In this document: one piece after another, positions 53,714 to 59,602 of the stretch
Layout: each line of letters begins with the position of its first letter
Position numbering within the stretch: position 1 is the first letter of the stretch
Source of the DNA: Actinomycetota bacterium
GTDB taxonomy: Bacteria > Actinomycetota > Thermoleophilia > Gaiellales > Gaiellaceae
DNA length: 59,602 nt
Direction: 5' to 3'
Assembly: GCA_046732435.1 (NCBI GenBank)
Contig: JBKPNC010000028.1
Location: forward strand, 1 to 59,602
Notes under the pieces: generated by a model
The model's database searches: none
Seen by the model: only the letters and a program-made list of their open reading frames with translations
What the model was told of the DNA's origin: nothing
Translations under genes and position numbers: made by a program

Positions 53714-56275
53714 TCACTCGTATTGGAGCGCCTCGAGCACCTTGAGGTGCGAGGCGCGCCGCGCCGGGAGGATGGCGGCCAGGATGCCGGCGATGATCGC
53801 CACGATCACGAAGACGACGAGCGTGCCCCACGGGACCGCGAAGATGATCCCCTCGGCCGAAAGCGCCTGCGTCACCAGGAAGGCGAGGAACAGGCCGGTC
53901 ACGATCCCGAGCGCGGCGCCGATGAGCGCCGTGACGATGCTCTCGTGCCGGATCATCCGCCGCACCTGGCGCCGCGTCATCCCGACCGCGCGCAGCATCC
54001 CGAGCTCACGCGTCCGCTCGAAGACCGACAGGACGAGTGTGTTCACGATCCCGAACAGGCTGACGATCACGGATAGCCCGAGCAGCGCGTAGAGCAGGTT
54101 GATGAGGCTGTTGAGGGGCTTCTCCTGATTCGCCTTGAACTGCGACTGCGTCTGGACCTTCGCGTCCGGGAACTGGCGAAGCGCCTGCTCGAGCGCGGCC
54201 GTGTTCGTCGACGTCACGCCGCCGCGCATGTTGATGAATGCGTAGATGTTCTGAGGCTGCGGGTACGAGGCGTCGAAGAGCGCGTTCGAGATCGTGACCG
54301 TCCCGAACGGCGACCCGCCCTTGGGTGCCTTGAAGATCCCCTTCAGTCGGACGTTCAGAAACGTCCCACTCGGTGTCTCGACCCGGAGCGGCGAGCCGAT
54401 CGAGAGGTCGTGGTCGTCGGCGTACTTCTTCTCGACGAAGGCGCCGTCGCGGCCGAGCTCGGCCGGCACGCTGGTCGATCCGCGGTACCAGGTGATGTCG
54501 ACGACCTTGCCGACGTTCTTGTCGACGCCCGTCACGTTGACCGTGTTGTTGAAGACGCGGCCCGAACCGGACCGGATCCCGGAGACGACCTCGACACCCG
54601 GCGCCTTCGCGGCCGCCGCGGCAGCGGCGCTCGTCAAGGGGTTGAAGTTGCTCTGCGCCGTGAGGGCGTAGTCGGCGATGAAGAGCTGGTTGACGGCGTC
54701 CTCGAATGACGTTCGCAGCCCCTGACCGAGCGCTGCGACGAGCGTCACGAGCGCGAGCCCGATCATCAGCGCGGCGGCCGTCGACGCGGTCCGGCTCGGG
54801 TTCCGGGCGGCGTTCTCGCGGGCGAGCATGCCGGCGGCGCCGCCGATCCGAGTCGATGGCCAGCCGAGGACGAACGCAAGCGGGCGAACGATTCGCGACG
54901 ACACGAGCGCAACGCCGACGAAGAGCACGATGCAGCCGACGCCGAGGGAGAGGAGCCGCGTTACGGTCGCGAGCCCGTGGGCGAAGATGCCGTAGGCCAG
55001 GAGCGCGATCCCGACCGCGAGCACGGCGAGCGCCGGGAACGGCCCGAACCGGGCCAGGCGAGACGGCGGGAGTTCCGCGCCCTCGCGCACGGCGGCGATC
55101 GGCGGAACGCTCGTCGCCCGGAGCGCGGGGCGGAGGCTCGCGAGCAGGGTGATGACGATGCCTACGAGCAGGCTCACGAGGACGGTCCGCGGCGCGAACA
55201 CGATGCCGCTCTTCGGGAGGTCGATGCCGAAGCTTACGAGAAGGGCGTTCAGCCCGATCGCAAGCGCCAGCCCGAGGAGCAGTCCGATCACCGAGGCAAC
55301 GATTCCGACCACCAACGCCTCGAGCAGAACCGATGCGAGCACCTGGTGTCGCGACGCTCCGAGGGTCCGCAGCGTGGCGAGCTCCCGCATCCGCTGGGCG
55401 ACGGTGATCGCGAGCGTGTTCGCGATCACGAAGGCACCGACGAAGAGGGCGATCCCGCCGAAGGCGAGCAGGATGTACCTGAAGAAGCTCAGGCCCTCCT
55501 GGACGTCGTGGCTGTCTGACTTCGCCTGCTCCTCGCCGCTCTTCACCTGCGCGTTCGACGGCAGCACCGGCTTGATCTGGTCGACGAGCGTCGAGGTGGA
55601 GACGCCCGGTTTCGCCGCGACGTCGATCTGGTCGAGCTCGCCTTCCTTGTGGAAGAGCTTCTGCGCCGTCGGAAGGTCGAAGAGCGCCATCGTGGCACCG
55701 CCGAGCGAGTCGACCGACGCGAACTTCGCGATGCCGGTGATGCGGAAGGTCCGCACCGGCCCGAGCGCCGACACGCGGATCGTGTCGCCCACGGCGAAGT
55801 GCTTGCTGCCGGCCGTCGCCTTGTCGATCGCGATCTGATCCGGGCCGCGCGGCCACGAGCCCGCCGTGAGCTCGAGCGGGTTGAAGCGGGTGTCGTTCGG
55901 GTCGACGCTGAAGGCGAGTCCGGGCGAGCCGCCGTTGGCGATCACCTTCCCGTTCCGCCCGATGAGCCGCGCCTGGTCCGCGATCCCGCCGACGGCGTCG
56001 GCGACATCGGGCAGTTGGCGCACCTTCGCGAGGACGTCCTCGGGGAAGCTGACCGTGCCCGTTCCGCTGTCCTGTGTGGTGAACGCCTGCTTGCCCGTGA
56101 TCACCGCGTCCGTGTTCTTGTAGGACTCGGTGAAGATCGTGTTGAAGCCCTTGTTGATCGTGTCCGTGAGGATGTAGGTGCCGCTCACCATCGCGACGCC
56201 GAGCACGATCGCGAACGCCGTCAGCACCGACCGGAGCTTGCGCCCCATCAGGCCCCTCAGCGCGACGGTGACCAT
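53714..56275 (-). CDS. FtsX/MacB-type ABC transporter permease (two FtsX domains, large extracytoplasmic domains)
   Basis: MVTVALRGLMGRKLRSVLTAFAIVLGVAMV N-terminus. Two blocks of the type ...RMRELATLRTLGASRHQV... and ...RTRELGMLRAVGMTRRQV.... Confidence 0.9.
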   Translation of the reverse strand: MVTVALRGLMGRKLRSVLTAFAIVLGVAMVSGTYILTDTINKGFNTIFTESYKNTDAVITGKQAFTTQDSGTGTVSFPEDVLAKVRQLPDVADAVGGIADQARLIGRNGKVIANGGSPGLAFSVDPNDTRFNPLELTAGSWPRGPDQIAIDKATAGSKHFAVGDTIRVSALGPVRTFRITGIAKFASVDSLGGATMALFDLPTAQKLFHKEGELDQIDVAAKPGVSTSTLVDQIKPVLPSNAQVKSGEEQAKSDSHDVQEGLSFFRYILLAFGGIALFVGAFVIANTLAITVAQRMRELATLRTLGASRHQVLASVLLEALVVGIVASVIGLLLGLALAIGLNALLVSFGIDLPKSGIVFAPRTVLVSLLVGIVITLLASLRPALRATSVPPIAAVREGAELPPSRLARFGPFPALAVLAVGIALLAYGIFAHGLATVTRLLSLGVGCIVLFVGVALVSSRIVRPLAFVLGWPSTRIGGAAGMLARENAARNPSRTASTAAALMIGLALVTLVAALGQGLRTSFEDAVNQLFIADYALTAQSNFNPLTSAAAAAAAKAPGVEVVSGIRSGSGRVFNNTVNVTGVDKNVGKVVDITWYRGSTSVPAELGRDGAFVEKKYADDHDLSIGSPLRVETPSGTFLNVRLKGIFKAPKGGSPFGTVTISNALFDASYPQPQNIYAFINMRGGVTSTNTAALEQALRQFPDAKVQTQSQFKANQEKPLNSLINLLYALLGLSVIVSLFGIVNTLVLSVFERTRELGMLRAVGMTRRQVRRMIRHESIVTALIGAALGIVTGLFLAFLVTQALSAEGIIFAVPWGTLVVFVIVAIIAGILAAILPARRASHLKVLEALQYE

Positions 56276-56296
56276 GGCGCGAGAGTAGCCGAGCGA

Positions 56297-57400
56297 TCAG
56301 GGTCGCGCCGCCGCGATGCGACCGCGAACTTCGCCCAGCTCGAAGGGGCCTGCACGCCCGCGGAGAACGACCTCGTCGCCGTCCTCCAGGAACGTCCGCT
56401 CACTCCCGTCGGCGAGCCGGATTGGCCGCTCGCCGTTCCAGGTCAGCTCGATGAGACTCCCCGCCGTCCCCGGCTCGGCGCCGGAGATCGTCCCGGAAGC
56501 AAAGAGGTCGCCGGTCCGGATGCTCGCTCCGTTCACGGTCGCGTGCGCGAGCTGCTGCGGCATCGACCAGTACAGATCCCGCGCGGTTGTCCGCGACACC
56601 ACCTCGCCGTTCAGCTCCACCTCGAGGTCGATGTCGAGGTTCGACTCACCGTCGACGCGGAGGTACGGCAGCGGCTCGGGATCCTGTGCGGGCCCGGGCG
56701 CCCACGCCCCGTCGAGGGCGTCGAGCGGGCTCACCCAGGCCGAGATCGACGTTGCGAACGACTTGCCCAGAAACGGCCCGAGCGGCTGGTATTCCCATGC
56801 CTGAATGTCCCGGGCGCTCCAATCGTTGACGAGCACGACCCCGAAGACATGGTCGCGGAAGGCACTCGCCGGAACCGGTTCCCCGAGCGCGCTCGGAACG
56901 CCGGCGACGAACCCGAGCTCGAGCTCGATGTCGAGGCGTCGCGACGGGCCGAAGGTCGGGCTCGCCTCGGCCGTGGCCTTGCGCTGCCCGCAAGGACGGA
57001 CGATCTCGGTACCGCTGACGACCACCGTTCCGGCACGCCCGTGGTAGCCGACGGGCAGCCAGCGCCAGTTCGGGAGCAGCGGCTCGGAGTCGGGGCGGAA
57101 GAGCCGCCCGAGGTTCGTGGCGTGCTCGAGCGACGAGTAGAAGTCGACGTAGTCGCCCACGGCGAAGGGAAGCAGCGTCTCGGCTTCGGGCTCGGGAAGG
57201 AGCTCCGGGCCGCGCGCGAGCCGCTCCGTCACCTGCTCGTTTGCGCGGGCCCACGCGGCCGGTCCCTCGGCCAGGAAGGCGTTCAGCGTCGACTCCTCGA
57301 ACGCGGGCCCGAGGTCGGAGAGGTCGAGAATCCCCTCGGGCGTCCGGTAGCCCACCCGCGGCTGCTGACCCTGCGGCGCGAAGACGCCGTAGCCGGTCAC
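56297..57400 (-). CDS. fahA: Fumarylacetoacetase (FAH family)
   Basis: ...FAVGDYVDFYSSLEHATNLGRLFRP...LPNWRWLPVGYHGRAGTVVVSGT... and the C-terminal ...GDLFASGTISG... are typical of fumarylacetoacetate hydrolases. Confidence 0.85.
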   Translation of the reverse strand: MTGYGVFAPQGQQPRVGYRTPEGILDLSDLGPAFEESTLNAFLAEGPAAWARANEQVTERLARGPELLPEPEAETLLPFAVGDYVDFYSSLEHATNLGRLFRPDSEPLLPNWRWLPVGYHGRAGTVVVSGTEIVRPCGQRKATAEASPTFGPSRRLDIELELGFVAGVPSALGEPVPASAFRDHVFGVVLVNDWSARDIQAWEYQPLGPFLGKSFATSISAWVSPLDALDGAWAPGPAQDPEPLPYLRVDGESNLDIDLEVELNGEVVSRTTARDLYWSMPQQLAHATVNGASIRTGDLFASGTISGAEPGTAGSLIELTWNGERPIRLADGSERTFLEDGDEVVLRGRAGPFELGEVRGRIAAARP

Positions 57401-57453
57401 GCAGCGATGATTCTTTCTCTCGGCATGAGGGGTCGATTCGCGAGGGAGAGGGC

Positions 57454-58194
57454 CTAGCCCTCTCCGGAGCGGATTCCGAGCGCGCGGAGCTCGGCGACCG
57501 GCTCGGCGACGCTGCAGCTGCCGAACCCCACGAAGAGCTCCCGCCGGGCGCGTGCCACGTCGTCCGCGCCCGCGAGCCGGTCGCCCCAGGCGAAGCCGTC
57601 CGCAGTTACCCGAACGTCGCCCGCGGCGAGCGCCCTGTCCTCGTCGCCGAAGACGGCGGCGGCAAGCAGGTTCAGGAAGCCGTGCTCATTGCCCGTCGGA
57701 AAGGCGTGGTGGAGGCCGGCGGTCGCCTTGAAGACGAGACCGAGCTCGCGGCAGCGGCGGATCGCCCCGGCGAGCGCCCCGATGCTCGGGACCGCGGCGC
57801 CGCCGCAGCGGAACTTCGCCCGGACGCCGAGGCCGGCGAGCCGCTCGAGCTCGAGCGGCTCGAGCGGCACCTCGGCGTACACCTCGGTCGCGACGCCGAC
57901 AAGCGACTCCAGGTCGGCGCCGGGACGCGCCTCGACAGCGTCGATCCGCGAATCGGCCGGCACGGGCTCGTCGAGGACGACCGTGAGCCGGAGGTCGGCC
58001 GTGCCGAGCTCGGCGATCCGGGACGCCGGAACGACGAACCGCCCGACGATCCAGCCGTCCACGCTCGAGCGGAGTCGCTCGTCCTCTGCGAGCGCGTCCT
58101 CGACCGACATGCTCGCCGGCGGGAACAGCGCCGCGTGGTCGATCAGCCGCTCGAAGAGCGCCCGGCGGACGTCGGTCGCGGCGGGGACGGCCAC
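57454..58194 (-). CDS. Conserved-looking hypothetical protein (motifs KFRCGG and FKATAGLHHAF)
   Basis: 246-aa ORF with ordinary coding composition, co-oriented with fahA. I could not assign a family. Confidence 0.65.
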   Translation of the reverse strand: MAVPAATDVRRALFERLIDHAALFPPASMSVEDALAEDERLRSSVDGWIVGRFVVPASRIAELGTADLRLTVVLDEPVPADSRIDAVEARPGADLESLVGVATEVYAEVPLEPLELERLAGLGVRAKFRCGGAAVPSIGALAGAIRRCRELGLVFKATAGLHHAFPTGNEHGFLNLLAAAVFGDEDRALAAGDVRVTADGFAWGDRLAGADDVARARRELFVGFGSCSVAEPVAELRALGIRSGEG

Positions 58195-58262
58195 GCGGGA
58201 AGCGTAATGCGCCCGCGCGCGGCCGCTTTCGCTCTGCGCGAACGCCAGGCATACTCCGGCGC

Positions 58263-59171
58263 GTGAGAGGGGTCGTCGCCGGGCTCTGCGCTGCGCTGGC
58301 GCTCGCGCTCGTCCTTGCGGGCGGGGCGAACACTGCCCCCAGGGCCTTCCCGAGCCTCGCCGCGTACCGCGGCCTCGGGACGTGGGTCGACCTCTACGAC
58401 CCCAAGGCGTTCAAGAATCCGGCCGCCGTCGTGGCCAGCATGAGGCAGCGTGGCGCGCGGACGCTGTACCTGGAGACGGCGAACTACCACACCGCCGGTG
58501 ACGTCGGGCGACCGAAGGGGATCGGCCGCTTCATCGACCTCGCCCATGCAGCCGGCATCAAGGTCGTCGCGTGGTACCTGCCCGGCCTCGACAGCCCGTC
58601 GCGCGACCTCCGCCGCTCGCTGGCGGCGATCCGATTCCGCAGCACGACCGGGCAGCGGTTCGACTCCTTCTCGCTCGACATCGAGGCCTCGATCGTCCGT
58701 CGCGTGGGCCTGCGAAACAGGCGGCTACTCAACCTCTCGGCCGCGATCCGCAGGGCCGTCGGCCAGTCGTACGCCCTCGGCGCGATCATCCCGTCTCCTC
58801 GTGGCATGCAGCTCAACGCCGCCTACTGGCCCGGCTTCCCGTACGCCCCGCTCGCCAACGTCTACGACGTCTTCCTGCCGATGGGCTACTTCACCTTCCA
58901 CACCCGCACGTCGCGGGGCGCCTTCGACTTCACGATCCGGAACGTCACGATCGTCCGGCGCTCGACCGGCGATCCCTCCGTGCCGATTCACATGATCGGC
59001 GGCGTGTCGAACGCGGCGTCGGCGGCGCAGGTGCGCAGCTTCGTCCAGGCGGTGCGCGCCTGCGGCGTGATGGGCGCCAGCATGTACGACTTCACGACGA
59101 CGACCGCGTCGCAATGGTCGACGCTGACGCCGATCTCACGCGCGCCGCTGCCGACTCGAACCTGCGCCTAG
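58263..59171 (+). CDS. Secreted TIM-barrel-like protein, putative glycoside-hydrolase-like (GHL/DUF4015-type), uncertain
   Basis: Signal peptide MRGVVAGLCAALALALVLAGGANTA. ...GLGTWVDLYD...TLYLET...GIKVVAWYLPG...FDSFSLDIE... has an alternating beta-alpha pattern. Confidence 0.65.
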   Translation: MRGVVAGLCAALALALVLAGGANTAPRAFPSLAAYRGLGTWVDLYDPKAFKNPAAVVASMRQRGARTLYLETANYHTAGDVGRPKGIGRFIDLAHAAGIKVVAWYLPGLDSPSRDLRRSLAAIRFRSTTGQRFDSFSLDIEASIVRRVGLRNRRLLNLSAAIRRAVGQSYALGAIIPSPRGMQLNAAYWPGFPYAPLANVYDVFLPMGYFTFHTRTSRGAFDFTIRNVTIVRRSTGDPSVPIHMIGGVSNAASAAQVRSFVQAVRACGVMGASMYDFTTTTASQWSTLTPISRAPLPTRTCA

Positions 59172-59173
59172 CG

Positions 59174-59575
59174 CTACCGCGCGTCGTCGGGGATCAGCGG
59201 TAAGCCGGTCGCGACGACGCGGCGGCCACCCTCGTCGTAGACGACGTCCACGGAGTCGTTCTGGCGATAGGTCCCGGCGACGCCGAGGAACAGCGACAGC
59301 CAGCGCCAGAAGCCGAGCCGTCCCTCCTTGGCCAGCCGCCGCTCGAACACGAGCTCGTCGCCCGATACGCGGTAGTCCCTGCCGGCCTGCTGCGGGACGC
59401 CGTTCACGAACACCTCGAACTTGCCGGCGATCCCTGGCGGGAGCTTCACACGCGTGCGCTCCACGGGCCGATCGTAGAATGCCCCGCGCGTGCCCCGGCG
59501 GTTCATCATCATCGCGGCGGCAACGGCCGGCCTGGTCATCCTGGTGGGAGCCGGCTTTCTCTCGTGGATCGGCAC
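59174..59575 (-). CDS. Hypothetical protein
   Basis: 133-aa ORF. A more likely start is one of the ATG triplet at 59506-59512 (MMMNRRGTRG...). It has one hydrophobic segment, FWRWLSLFLGVAG. Confidence 0.5.
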   Translation of the reverse strand: MPIHERKPAPTRMTRPAVAAAMMMNRRGTRGAFYDRPVERTRVKLPPGIAGKFEVFVNGVPQQAGRDYRVSGDELVFERRLAKEGRLGFWRWLSLFLGVAGTYRQNDSVDVVYDEGGRRVVATGLPLIPDDAR

Positions 59576-59602
59576 CTCCCGCGGGCTCGTGCCGCTCAGG
59601 CC

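Larger units (their letters stand above)
53484..53714. repeat. ~230-bp long imperfect palindrome (MITE-like or composite bidirectional terminator) filling the convergent gap
   Basis: The left arm is AACCGGGGGAAATGGGGTTTCCCCGGTGGCCCCCTCCC (53484-53521). The reverse complement of the right arm (53676-53714) is AACCGGGGGGAATGGGGTTCCCCCCGGTAGCCCCCTCCC. The inner segments GCGCCTCCGGGGCAAAGCCCCGCTCCG and GCGACTCCGCCGGGCGAAGCCCGGCTCCG are also mirrored. The centre is AAGATCTT near 53603. Confidence 0.7.

Noticed and set aside
54006-55856. 616-aa alternative-frame ORF inside the FtsX permease gene
   Set aside because: The composition is extremely Arg/Pro/Gly-rich. The 853-aa frame has the expected TM and FtsX features.
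1-59602. CRISPR arrays, rRNA genes, reverse transcriptase/DGR, toxin-antitoxin pairs and classical defence genes
   Set aside because: I scanned intergenic regions and ORF translations. I found no regularly spaced direct repeats, no rRNA-like sequence, and no RT, nuclease, helicase or methylase signatures of known defence systems.

Overview
High-GC (44/60 GC in a typical line, 9061-9120), Actinomycetota-like chromosomal window. It is densely coding, with many 4-nt ATGA/GTGA start/stop overlaps and several starts that look leaderless. No rRNA and no CRISPR array were seen. Layout: (1) 1-2050: the 5' part of a secreted Ig-like/FN3 protein plus two degraded IS630-family transposase fragments. (2) 2215-25261: a ~23 kb Wzm/Wzt (ABC-transporter-dependent) glycan-assembly island. 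It holds an epimerase, nine GT2/GT4-type glycosyltransferases, a large GT-C-like membrane protein, a DPM1-like polyprenol-phosphate GT2, a PIG-L deacetylase, two stand-alone methyltransferases and a WbdD-like methyltransferase-like/kinase protein. Gene debris fills its gaps. (3) 26235-26306: tRNA-Arg(CCU) with an imperfect acceptor end. (4) 26540-29974: small membrane proteins plus two translationally coupled DUF1990-like proteins. One of these carries a helical domain that is also encoded as a stand-alone gene. This is my top candidate for an undescribed module. (5) 30036-42631: a divergent 11+3 gene sugar/acid catabolic locus (ABC sugar importer, SDRs, 2-hydroxyacid dehydrogenase, amidohydrolase-type proteins, enolase-superfamily enzyme, MlrC/M81-like protein, RraA-like aldolase, GntR regulator). 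(6) 42777-44644: a secreted lamin-tail-domain protein with a WxL-like C-terminal domain, coupled to a DUF916/DUF3324-like Ig-fold protein. (7) 44660-59602: GH38 alpha-mannosidase; an LDH/MDH-family gene with an apparent 1-nt frameshift that fuses it in frame to a P-loop kinase-GrpB gene; cupin; DUF2007; aldehyde dehydrogenase; an orphan GAF-PAS-PAS histidine kinase; a ~230 bp long imperfect palindrome filling a convergent intergenic gap; an FtsX-type permease without an ATPase; fumarylacetoacetase; and hypotheticals. All functional calls come from motif recognition by eye. No database search was possible.
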